Both the position numbers and the translations under genes were made by a program. This document shows positions 1 through 9,022 of a stretch of DNA of 64,000 nucleotides, piece after piece. A model generated the notes under the pieces. That model was not told where the DNA came from. It was given only the letters and a program-made list of their open reading frames with translations, and did not search any database. Source of the DNA: Nitrospira lenta (GTDB taxonomy: Bacteria > Nitrospirota > Nitrospiria > Nitrospirales > Nitrospiraceae); assembly GCA_945865525.1 (NCBI GenBank), contig CAMBDY010000006.1, positions 3,026 through 67,025 on the forward strand, written 5' to 3'. Position 1 is the first letter of the stretch; every line of letters starts with the position of its first letter.

Positions 1-3000
1 GATCGTCTGATCGCCCAGGTTGTTGCCGATGTTGAAGCCCAGTGAATCCTTCGGATCAAAGGCCAGTCCGATGGCTGAGAAGGAAGCCTTGCTCTCCTTC
101 ATCTTGTTCTTCAACTGCACTTTAACGCAATCGCCAACGTTTACACGGAGCGTGAGCGGCATGGGGTGCGCCCCGCTCGCCACCTTCACCGCATCCTCTT
201 CTAAGGCGTAGATCTTAGCCTCAGGGTTGCTGATCTGGATTTTCCGCTCGAAGTCCACTTCGATGGAGTCTGGCGCCTTCGCGTTGAACCTCATCGACGG
301 ATAATCCATCGCCACCACGTTGAAATTCTTCACCGGAGCGTCAGCCGGACAAACCGGCAAGGCCTTGGGGATCTCGCCCTTGATGGAGAATCCGGCCGTC
401 AGTTTCTTTAAATCAGCCTGCTCCTTATCGTAGACACGGATAATGCCCCACCCCCCCTCGGAGAACTTCGAGGAGCGGCCGTTGAAGTGGATGTAGTCAC
501 CCGCTTGCAACCGTGGTCCGCCGGCTTGCGGGACCACAAGGTCATAACGCTCGGCAATGCCGACGTGCATCGAATTCTTCCGGTTCGCATCGCCCGCATA
601 CCGCTCACTCAAGAACGTATGGCCGGACAGGGTCCAGGTGACCGTTTCGTTCATCAAGGTATGCAGCAGCCGGAACACCATCGTGTCGCCCACATACGCT
701 CGCAGGAGCGGCGTGTAAGGATCACCATGGATCTGGCTATTGAAGGCCTGCGACACGTCCGGATTGGTGGCCAACCGCTGTGCGATCGGCGCCGCCCGAA
801 AATTTAAACCGCTTCCCGTGGTGTGGGTACCACCATTCAGGAAGGGCATCGGCGTCATATAAAGCTTCTCGGGCATCATGAAGGACACCGTCCTTCCTGC
901 TTCGAGCGCCACTTCAACTGGCTGCCCAGGCGGATTGCCCGCGGTCACCATGTTGACCGTGTGTGGCACGGTATCGTGCATCTGCACCGTCAATTCACGA
1001 AAACTGTTGTTCACGCCATGGCCTACTGGCTCGACCGTGCGAATGTCCGCGATCGGCCCACTTCGGGTTGGCTTCCCAGTCTTCGGATCATGGTACGTCG
1101 AGCCAACCGGCTCGGCGATGAACGTCCCGAATCCGCCGTGCGGCCAGGTGGTCGCACCGAACGCATGATCATGCCAAAACACGGTGCCCACGTCCGCATC
1201 AACCCAGAACCGCTGACGGACGAACTCCACCGTCACGATGTCGTTCGCCGGATGAGCGTTCTTGAGTCCCTTGGCTAAGGTAATCGTGCTGCCACTAATC
1301 GCCTTAATACGTGAGATTTCGTTGCCCTTCACATTATCGGCGCCAATAAGGATCAGCGTACCGACATGGTATTGACCCGCGTTCTTCACCGAAATCGTGG
1401 TGGCGCCTTTTTTCACCACTGCGGTCGTCACCGTGTTCATTGGGACCGGCAACCCCTTCCCATTCTTCTTCTCTAACATCGTGAATGGGCGCACTGATTG
1501 CTCATAGGAGAAACCGGTGATCACGCCGTCGGACGACTGATTGTCGAACTGGAGGAAATGCCAATGGGTATTGATCTTCGACGACTGGAAGTTGGTGAAG
1601 TCGTCGTCGTCCCACTCGCTGGTTAGGGTCCAATCCACGCAATCATAAATGTTGCCACGAACGACTAAGGGTAACTTGAGGTCGTCATTGGCCCGGATTT
1701 GGGCTTCTTCTTCATGAAGCACGTAGATCAATCCGTTTGGATCGACCACCGCCGGCTCCTTGCCCTGCGCGTTCGCAATCTTGATCGGCAGTCTAATGAA
1801 GTGGACGTTGTAGCTCTTCCGTCCTGCATTCTCTGGACAGAGGCTCCACACGCCATTCTCACCTGGTCTCGCCTGATCAGTACTCTCCTCGCCATTCGCG
1901 TCTCGGCGGATCATCTCCAACCACGGGGCACCAGAATGGTTCGGGGAGAACATGACCCGACGGCCAAAATGTGGCGTCAGGTGCGGCCACGCCACTTTGC
2001 CCGTCATGGCCTCGAACATGATCGGATGACGTTTGCCAGGATGCGTAGACTTGTACTTGGGATTATCGATCGTGTTCTCGCGCTCGCTCATGGCACGATT
2101 GCCGTTCCAAGCCCAATCCAGCACGGTCGCGTCATAAGAGAGAGTCTGGCCCTTCTCATCGTCCTTGTGGCCAGGCTTACCCATGGTGGGCAGCTGCATC
2201 GTGACCCAATCCTGCACTGTGATAGTGGCAGGGTTGGTGGTCCAATTGCTCTTGCCTTTGTCGGTGATCGTAAACTGCTTCCCAAACCAATCGACCGTCT
2301 GGCCGATCAACTTGTCCGACGAGACTGGGGTCTTGATCCGGCCCTTGCGGTCCGGCAATTCCTGCAGGTCCGGCATCACGTCGTTCCGAAGGTCGCCCTG
2401 CTGGATCGTGTTGTACACACGCCAGTAGCCCCACATCCCTGCCACATAATGGTGCGCGACGTGGCAATGGAAGAGGAAGTCGCCTGCCAACTGCTGACAG
2501 AGACCGGAACCGCACTCCGTCTCGAGGTCGAGCGCTTCTGAAGGCCCGATCACTTCGACGTCAACCCGATCCGTCTTGGCCCGAATCACGGGATACTTGA
2601 CCGGACCGTTCACGGCCGTCGCCCAAAGGTTCATGTCGTCGATCGCCCGCGGGCTGCGCGGCCACCGAATAGTTCCCCCGTGAGGATGGTGCGAATGGAA
2701 CACTTCCGATCCACCGTGGACTAGGCGAAACTTAGCCGGGTCACCGAGGTAGGATCGGGGAATCGTCGGTGAGGGATCGCCAAACGTATAGGAGCTGTAG
2801 CCCATCGACTCGTCTTCGAAGCCGAAGTACTCGTGCTGTACATGCATGTTGTTGATGCCGAACGGTTCGCTCCGATAGTTGATCGCGCGGCCACCAGGAC
2901 GGTACGCATCGGTCAACGGGTCGCGCTGTGGGAGAAAGTCGCCCTTCTTGTTCAACGGACGGAACGCTTCGTCGCCAATCTCATGATAAATTAGAACAAA

Positions 3001-4011
3001 CTCTCGAAAATCAGGGCCGGTTCCGTTCTTAATCATGACCTGCCACCCGCTGGAAGCGGGGGCGACATCCCCTGAACCAAGTGCCTCGAGATAGCGTGAG
3101 CCCCGTGGCTCGACAATGAATGCTCCCATCAACCCCATCACCGTCAACTCACGGTCTTGGGCATACGTATGAAATTGACGGACACCTTCCTGTGTGTTGG
3201 GGTGGATATACCACTCAAATGCACCGGTTTTCTTTTCCTCGACAGCGGAGTCAGGATTCGTCGACGTCGCCGGAGCTCCAGTGGCGCTGACCACCATGCT
3301 AGATCCATGGATATGCAAGCTAACGGGCCCACTCCCCTCCTCTAACTTATTCACAAGATTGATCTTGAGGCAGTCTCCCTGATTGGCACGAAAGACCAAC
3401 GGCTGGATCCACTGGGCCTGCACGCCAGGGATCACCGCTCCAGGATCAAACCCTTCCTTGTCGCGTGCGACCTTGTTCTTGGCTTCTTCCGCGCGCACCT
3501 TATCCAAGTTCTCATCTAGGACGTACATGTAGCCGGGATAGAAGTCGAGCCACTGGTTGAGGGTAATCTCAACGTTGATCGCGGAGACGTTGTACTGCTT
3601 TACCGGAGCCGTGACGGGACACTTGCCGCCACCGGTCAAGGAGACCGGCTCGACACGAGGATCGGACACTAGGAGCATGTCCTGCCCACCCGCGCCATAT
3701 TGGTGCATCATCGTGGAGGTGTTGTACATGCCGGTGTTGGTACCCTGCACCTGAGGATCCTTAGCCATCTGGTCCATGATCCGCTGATGCTGCTGTTCAA
3801 CCATCGCAGAACGGCCTGGGTTGCCGCTCATCGTATCCTCGACAATTGTCTGCCCCTTGAGCTTTTCCGCCCAACCAGGCAACTGATGATTCATCGTAAC
3901 ATGCTGGGAAGCGCTCTCAGCGGATGCGAGCGAGACCCCCAAAAGGGCTAAAGCTGACATCGCACCAAGCATGCGGGTAGGCACCGAAACCCGTAGACTA
4001 CGAAAAAACAT
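1..4011 (-). CDS. Giant multi-module multicopper oxidase (ceruloplasmin/MnxG-like); N-terminal 1337 codons, 3' end lies beyond the left window edge
   Basis: Own reverse-strand translation. ATG at 4011-4009, AAGGAGG at 4025-4019, in-frame TAA just upstream. The frame stays open to base 1, so it is absent from the ORF track. Signal-like N-terminus MFFRSLRVSVPTRMLGAMSALALLGVSLASA. Copper motifs: SLHIHGS (3315-3304), HSHHPHGG (2697-2674), HCHVAHHYVAGM = HCH-x3-H-x4-M (2469-2434), THWHFLQFDNQSSDG (1566-1558), FWHDHAF (1176-1165). Confidence 0.85.
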   Translation of the reverse strand, partial: MFFRSLRVSVPTRMLGAMSALALLGVSLASAESASQHVTMNHQLPGWAEKLKGQTIVEDTMSGNPGRSAMVEQQHQRIMDQMAKDPQVQGTNTGMYNTSTMMHQYGAGGQDMLLVSDPRVEPVSLTGGGKCPVTAPVKQYNVSAINVEITLNQWLDFYPGYMYVLDENLDKVRAEEAKNKVARDKEGFDPGAVIPGVQAQWIQPLVFRANQGDCLKINLVNKLEEGSGPVSLHIHGSSMVVSATGAPATSTNPDSAVEEKKTGAFEWYIHPNTQEGVRQFHTYAQDRELTVMGLMGAFIVEPRGSRYLEALGSGDVAPASSGWQVMIKNGTGPDFREFVLIYHEIGDEAFRPLNKKGDFLPQRDPLTDAYRPGGRAINYRSEPFGINNMHVQHEYFGFEDESMGYSSYTFGDPSPTIPRSYLGDPAKFRLVHGGSEVFHSHHPHGGTIRWPRSPRAIDDMNLWATAVNGPVKYPVIRAKTDRVDVEVIGPSEALDLETECGSGLCQQLAGDFLFHCHVAHHYVAGMWGYWRVYNTIQQGDLRNDVMPDLQELPDRKGRIKTPVSSDKLIGQTVDWFGKQFTITDKGKSNWTTNPATITVQDWVTMQLPTMGKPGHKDDEKGQTLSYDATVLDWAWNGNRAMSERENTIDNPKYKSTHPGKRHPIMFEAMTGKVAWPHLTPHFGRRVMFSPNHSGAPWLEMIRRDANGEESTDQARPGENGVWSLCPENAGRKSYNVHFIRLPIKIANAQGKEPAVVDPNGLIYVLHEEEAQIRANDDLKLPLVVRGNIYDCVDWTLTSEWDDDDFTNFQSSKINTHWHFLQFDNQSSDGVITGFSYEQSVRPFTMLEKKNGKGLPVPMNTVTTAVVKKGATTISVKNAGQYHVGTLILIGADNVKGNEISRIKAISGSTITLAKGLKNAHPANDIVTVEFVRQRFWVDADVGTVFWHDHAFGATTWPHGGFGTFIAEPVGSTYHDPKTGKPTRSGPIADIRTVEPVGHGVNNSFRELTVQMHDTVPHTVNMVTAGNPPGQPVEVALEAGRTVSFMMPEKLYMTPMPFLNGGTHTTGSGLNFRAAPIAQRLATNPDVSQAFNSQIHGDPYTPLLRAYVGDTMVFRLLHTLMNETVTWTLSGHTFLSERYAGDANRKNSMHVGIAERYDLVVPQAGGPRLQAGDYIHFNGRSSKFSEGGWGIIRVYDKEQADLKKLTAGFSIKGEIPKALPVCPADAPVKNFNVVAMDYPSMRFNAKAPDSIEVDFERKIQISNPEAKIYALEEDAVKVASGAHPMPLTLRVNVGDCVKVQLKNKMKESKASFSAIGLAFDPKDSLGFNIGNNLGDQTI

Positions 4012-4363
4012 GAGCCAGCCTCCTTAAGAATAATGAGTGAGTCGTTGGCATACTATAACCGATAATGTGGAGCGAATGTAGACCCCGTAATCCGATGCCT
4101 ACTGAAATGATTTTCATAGACAACCACTCTACGTATCACGGGGGAATGGCCATTTATAATCAAAGATAAACGATACTGAGAATCTACATACCAAGTCAAC
4201 CCCATTAGCCCAGCCACGCCAAGCAAACGATCGCACATTAGATGACAGAGCCACGCACAACATCCGATCAACAGTATCCGTCTCTGGCGGGCCTTTCTTG
4301 TGTAGCCCCTTAGACATCCTTCTCCGGTGCACCGGCCTCTCATTCTGTGCAATAATAAGTCCC

Positions 4364-6187
4364 ATGCTACTTAAACGTTGGCTCGTTGGTAATCCGCTGA
4401 AGACCGCTCAAGCGGCTCACCAAAGACTCTCGAAGCGTTTAGCCTTGGCCGTATTTTCCTCTGATGCCTTGTCGTCGGTTGCGTACGCCACAGAGGAAAT
4501 TCTCCTGGTCCTCGTTCCAGCCAGCCTAGCCTTTGCGCATTTCTCGATTCCGATCAGTCTCATGATCATCCTCCTACTGGGAATCTTGACGCTCTCGTAC
4601 TCTCAGATTATCTTCGAATATCCGGACGGCGGCGGGGCCTACATCGTCTCGAAGTCAAATCTTGGTGAATGGCCTGGTCTGACCGCGGCAGCCTCATTGA
4701 TGATCGATTATGTGCTGACCGTCGCGGTCAGCGTGGCGGCCGGCATCGCCGCCATCACCTCTGCAGTCCCTGCACTCTTTCCCTACCGTACGGTACTCGG
4801 CGTGATGGCCATCATCCTCGTGCTCCTAGTCAACCTGCGCGGCGTCCGGGAATCGGGAAAAGTGTTTGCTGTGCCCACCTACCTGTTCATCGGAGGCCTG
4901 CTCCTCATGCTAGCCGCAGGCACCTATCAGCTCCTCTTCGGCCAACTCATGCCCGCCCCTGCGCAAAACATGGCCACGCAAACGGCCGTCGAGTCGATAT
5001 CGGTGTTTCTCCTGCTCCGCGCTTTCTCATCGGGCTGTACGGCGCTCACCGGCGTGGAGGTCATCTCGAACGGCGTGCCGGCTTTTCGCCCCCCGGAACC
5101 CAAGAACGCCGCCATCACCATGATCACCATGGCGCTCGTCCTAGGGACGCTCTTTCTCGGTATCAGCACGATGGCCTATCAGTTGGGCATTCTGCCAAAA
5201 GACGATGAAACCGTCATCTCACAGGTGGCGCGAGCCATCTTCGGCGAAGGGCCCCTCTACTACTTGATCCAGATCTCCACGATGTCAATTTTAGTCCTCG
5301 CGGCGAACAGTGCCTTCGCCGGATTCCCTCGCCTAGCCTCCTTACTGGCCCGCGACGGCTATATGCCGCACCAGATGGAGCTCATGGGAGACCGGTTGGT
5401 CTTCTCCAACGGCATTCTCATCTTAGGAGTCTTCTCCTGCCTCCTCATCATTCTGTTCAACGGCGATACCCACGCGCTGATTCCACTTTATGCCGTCGGT
5501 GTCTTCCTCTCATTCACTCTCTCGCAGATCGGCATGGTCCGCCGCTGGCTAAACAAACGCGGCCCCCATTGGCGAAAGAAAATCGCCATTAACGGCATCG
5601 GCGCGATCGCCACGGCCATTGCGACCACGATCATCGCCAGCACCAAGTTCATACATGGTGCCTGGATCGTCATCGTCCTGATCCCCATCCTGATCCTGAT
5701 GTTCCAGGGCATTCACGCACACTACCAGGCAGTCTCCGAGCAGATCCTCCTCGACCGGCGTGGTAGCCGCCCACCAATGCCGCAACGCAATATCGTCATC
5801 ATTCCGATCAGCGGGGTGAACCGCGCCATCATTCGGGCGGTCGACTATGCCCGCAGCAGGCCGGGAGAAGTCCGCGCGGTGTTCGTCGACGTCGACCCAG
5901 AAGCGACGGCTCGGCTCGAAATGCAATGGGCTCAATGGGGGTGTGGCGTCACCCTTATCGTGCTGCCCTCGCCCTATCGATCCATCCTGAATTCTGTCCT
6001 TGACTACGTCGAGGCGATCTTGGAGAAAGAGCCGGACACTTGGGTGACCGTCGTGCTTCCAGAAATTCTCCCGGCGCGCTGGTGGCAGAACATCTTGCAC
6101 AATCAACGCGCCCTTCTTCTGAAAGCTTCGCTGCTGTTCAAAGATCGCGTTATCCTGACCGACGTACCTTTCCACCTGACGAGGTGA
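4364..6187 (+). CDS. APC-superfamily amino acid/polyamine permease with soluble C-terminal extension
   Basis: Track ORF 4298..6187 starts at TTG and was trimmed to the first ATG (4364). N-terminus MLLKRWLVGNPLKTAQAAHQRLSKRLALAVFSSDALSSVAYATEEIL plus about 12 hydrophobic spans is typical of this permease family. About 150 aa of non-membrane C-terminus. Confidence 0.8.
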   Translation: MLLKRWLVGNPLKTAQAAHQRLSKRLALAVFSSDALSSVAYATEEILLVLVPASLAFAHFSIPISLMIILLLGILTLSYSQIIFEYPDGGGAYIVSKSNLGEWPGLTAAASLMIDYVLTVAVSVAAGIAAITSAVPALFPYRTVLGVMAIILVLLVNLRGVRESGKVFAVPTYLFIGGLLLMLAAGTYQLLFGQLMPAPAQNMATQTAVESISVFLLLRAFSSGCTALTGVEVISNGVPAFRPPEPKNAAITMITMALVLGTLFLGISTMAYQLGILPKDDETVISQVARAIFGEGPLYYLIQISTMSILVLAANSAFAGFPRLASLLARDGYMPHQMELMGDRLVFSNGILILGVFSCLLIILFNGDTHALIPLYAVGVFLSFTLSQIGMVRRWLNKRGPHWRKKIAINGIGAIATAIATTIIASTKFIHGAWIVIVLIPILILMFQGIHAHYQAVSEQILLDRRGSRPPMPQRNIVIIPISGVNRAIIRAVDYARSRPGEVRAVFVDVDPEATARLEMQWAQWGCGVTLIVLPSPYRSILNSVLDYVEAILEKEPDTWVTVVLPEILPARWWQNILHNQRALLLKASLLFKDRVILTDVPFHLTR

Positions 6188-7248
6188 GCGTGCGAAATAC
6201 AACAGAAAAAGCGAAAAGAGTTAAGCTCGAATTAAGTTTTGGCCTTTGGTTTTTGACCTTTTGCCTGACGCTGGCACAGCCGGCTCATGCCTTCAAAATC
6301 ATCGAACCGGCTGAGGGAACTACGCTGACAGCAGGGAAAACCATCACGGCCCGCGTGGATCTCGGTAAAGACTCTGGCATCGTGACGGTCCGATACTATT
6401 GGTATGGCGAGCGGGACGAAACCCTCGTTGGACAGGAGGACGCAACGGCCACAGGATCGATCATCGCACCAGTTGCCCTCATCGGATTGGTAGACCAAAA
6501 TCCTCCGTTCGGCGGAAAGCTCCTCGTCCCTAAGGGCAGCATTGGCCCCATGCGCCTGCTGGCCGTTGCGGAAATTTCACGAGGCCGATTGGACATGCGA
6601 TCCATCTTCGATGAAATCCTCGTGCGCGTCGAACCGACCGCCGCTCTTTCCATCATCGACTTTGAAACAGAGAAGCCCTTGCGCCTCGGTAGGGCTGGGC
6701 AATCCTCCGCCTTCGGCCACATCGATTCACTGGGCAAGATCTTCGAGTTGCCAGTGGTGGGTGAGTTCACCGATGGGGTGACTCGCCCAATCAGCAGTCC
6801 TGACAGCGGTACGAGCCTTCAATCGTCAAACCAGACAATTATCAAGGTACTCGCTGGTGGGTTACTCCAAATTGTCGGTAATGGAAAGGCAACGATCACC
6901 GCCAACAACCAGGGCAAGCAGGCCCAGCTCGATGTCGTAGTCAACGTCAATGAGGAGCCGAACGAGCCTCCGGTCGCGAATGCCGGCCCCAATCAAACAG
7001 TCAAAGCCGGTGCGAAGGTGACGCTCCGTGGCCTCAAGAGCCGGGATGCGGAAGGCGAAGCCCTGTATTATTCCTGGAGCCAAGTACGAGGCAGCAAGAT
7101 TGCCCTGCTAGACGTGAACAACGCCGAAGCCTCCTTCCTCGCACCAACCGTCTCGGAGAAACGAACCTACCGGTTTAAGCTGAGGGTGACGGATAAGAAG
7201 GGAGCGGATTCTGTGCCTGCATTCGTGGACGTGACCGTCGAGCCTTGA
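6184..7248 (+). CDS. Secreted protein with bacterial Ig-like (Big_2-type) and PKD-like domains
   Basis: GTG 6184 overlaps the permease stop (GTGA). Signal peptide LSFGLWFLTFCLTLAQPAHA. Big_2-like SSNQTIIKVLAGGLLQIVGNGKATITANNQGKQAQLDVVV. C-terminal PKD-type repeat PPVANAGPNQTVKAGAKVTLRGLKSRDAEGEALYYSWSQVRG...RFKLRVTDKKGADS. Exact start uncertain. Confidence 0.7.
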   Translation: MSVRNTTEKAKRVKLELSFGLWFLTFCLTLAQPAHAFKIIEPAEGTTLTAGKTITARVDLGKDSGIVTVRYYWYGERDETLVGQEDATATGSIIAPVALIGLVDQNPPFGGKLLVPKGSIGPMRLLAVAEISRGRLDMRSIFDEILVRVEPTAALSIIDFETEKPLRLGRAGQSSAFGHIDSLGKIFELPVVGEFTDGVTRPISSPDSGTSLQSSNQTIIKVLAGGLLQIVGNGKATITANNQGKQAQLDVVVNVNEEPNEPPVANAGPNQTVKAGAKVTLRGLKSRDAEGEALYYSWSQVRGSKIALLDVNNAEASFLAPTVSEKRTYRFKLRVTDKKGADSVPAFVDVTVEP

Positions 7249-7290
7249 CGACTGCGGGAGAAGGCCGCCCCGCAAGACCACAGCCATCAA

Positions 7291-8856
7291 CTAGACCTTC
7301 TCCAATCGTACCGGCCCATAGGTTGCTCTGGCCCGCTGAAGTTCCTTGATATGTTTACGGAGAGGAGGACCGAATTGGGAAGCGAGGACGGACTTTCTGT
7401 GCGGCTCGATGTTCTGTTCGACCTGCTCAATGGTGTCAGCCAACTGCGTGACCAGCTTCTTACCTGAGCCCGTGAGCCACCTGAGATGCCAGCTGGCATA
7501 TTCCAAATCATGGATCGCGTAGCGGACTGATTCCACTTCTTCAAGACAACGAAACCTAGCTCGCTGCAAATCTTTCTCTGTCAGACCTGCCCGCTTCCAT
7601 CTCGTTGATCCCCCCACCACCGAGGCCCACGTTGAGAGCCGTTCGAACAGCATCGCGCCCATCGTAAAGGTGAAAGCCGCGTGGAGAATACCTCTCAACG
7701 GACGCAGGCTGCGCCGCCAAGGGGAATAGAAGACTTGCTGGCTACGATCGCCCTGATACATAACGTACTTGCGCAACAATAAATTCAGGTGGTGATGGCT
7801 ATTCTCGTGAATTAAGTCGTCGACTAGATCAAGGTTGTCTCGATCAAAACAGTTGATGAACGAGAGGCCAGGCCTGTGGCGATAGCTGAAGCTCACCACG
7901 CCCTTGGCCTTGAGCGGGACAATCCGGGAGGTGAGCAATGCGAGCACCTCATGCCCTTCCGGCCAAGCCTCTTGAATGATGGTCCAGGCCCGATTGATTC
8001 GCTGCACTTGCGCGGCCGACGTGTCGGTGACAGTCTTGGGCTGGCGGTTCTTCCCGTAGACGAGCGTCGGCCCGACTGTGATGGCCCCTGCTTGCGTCTC
8101 GATGGCTACGGCCGGAGGACGATGCCTCCAACGCCAGTCCAATCGATCGCCCTTCATCGTGCAGAGATGCGTCACGGTCCGGCCGATCTTCAGAAATAGC
8201 TCCTGCTGCCTGATGAGCATGGTGGCCTGGCCAGATGATTGTTTGAGCGCTCTCTTGACAGAAGGAGGAGCCTCGTAAGCCGTTTCATCCAGACTTAGGG
8301 CCATTGTGCCAAACATTTCTTCCCGTTCAACGTTCCCGCCGAGCTGCACCTCGACCGCCCAGGACGAACGCTTATGAGCGGCACACCACAACATCGGGAG
8401 GCCTGGTAAGAGACAGAGGGATTCCTGCGTCAGCTCCTGCGTCAGGCGCTCACACAATTGGCGCAGCCTCCGTTCGAGTCCCGCGGACTGGGGAACCCCT
8501 TGGGGGAATAGGTCGTCTAGGTAACTGTTCTCGAAAAATTTCTCCTGACACTCAGCAAACAACTGTAGGGCGAACTCAGACAGATTCCGTTCGTCTCGAA
8601 TCTGTTGAAGCAGATCAATGAAGTACACCAGATCGTTGAGGGCTTCGATCCATCCCACCACTTTCCCATGGGCATAGGCGTCCCGCTCTAGCGATCGGCC
8701 AAGATAGCGAAAATAGGCCACCGGCAAGGCCAACGATATCGCCACCTCAGCATATTGATTTTCTAAATCCAAGCAGAGATCGCTCAGGAGCCGCTTCATC
8801 GACAGGCGAAACTCTCCTTGAAGGCGAACGAGCAGGCGCACATCAAGCAACGGCAT
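7291..8856 (-). CDS. HExxH-motif domain protein (resembles the peptide-modifying HEXXH / aKG-HExxH hydroxylase family); N-terminal ~300 aa of unknown function
   Basis: LIHENSHHHLNLLLRK (HENSH at 7809-7795) followed by FYSPWRRSLRPLRGILHAAFTF. I recall this pattern from the HEXXH motif domain family. The track start 8997 is TTG. ATG 8856 is preferred and ATG 8799 is also possible. Confidence 0.6.
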   Translation of the reverse strand: MPLLDVRLLVRLQGEFRLSMKRLLSDLCLDLENQYAEVAISLALPVAYFRYLGRSLERDAYAHGKVVGWIEALNDLVYFIDLLQQIRDERNLSEFALQLFAECQEKFFENSYLDDLFPQGVPQSAGLERRLRQLCERLTQELTQESLCLLPGLPMLWCAAHKRSSWAVEVQLGGNVEREEMFGTMALSLDETAYEAPPSVKRALKQSSGQATMLIRQQELFLKIGRTVTHLCTMKGDRLDWRWRHRPPAVAIETQAGAITVGPTLVYGKNRQPKTVTDTSAAQVQRINRAWTIIQEAWPEGHEVLALLTSRIVPLKAKGVVSFSYRHRPGLSFINCFDRDNLDLVDDLIHENSHHHLNLLLRKYVMYQGDRSQQVFYSPWRRSLRPLRGILHAAFTFTMGAMLFERLSTWASVVGGSTRWKRAGLTEKDLQRARFRCLEEVESVRYAIHDLEYASWHLRWLTGSGKKLVTQLADTIEQVEQNIEPHRKSVLASQFGPPLRKHIKELQRARATYGPVRLEKV

Positions 8857-9022
8857 GGCAACGCAAGCTCCAGGATGACGGAGCCAGACTCTACCGGAGG
8901 AACCGACGCGCTGCAAGAATAGACCGATGCCCCGGACTCCGCTCCGACTGCTTGCGTGTTTGGGCGGTGAATCGTACAGTGCAGGCGCGCGCCGCAATCG
9001 AGAAGGCCATCGGAGACAAATC

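Noticed and set aside
8927-9022. The ATG 8927 start for rqcH and the TTG 8997 start for the HExxH gene given by the ORF track. These would make the two divergent genes overlap by 71 nt.
   Set aside because: Neither start has an RBS. GTG 9023 gives the family-typical NFACT N-terminus with GGAG upstream, and ATG 8856 or 8799 is more plausible for the HExxH gene. Together these leave a normal divergent promoter region.
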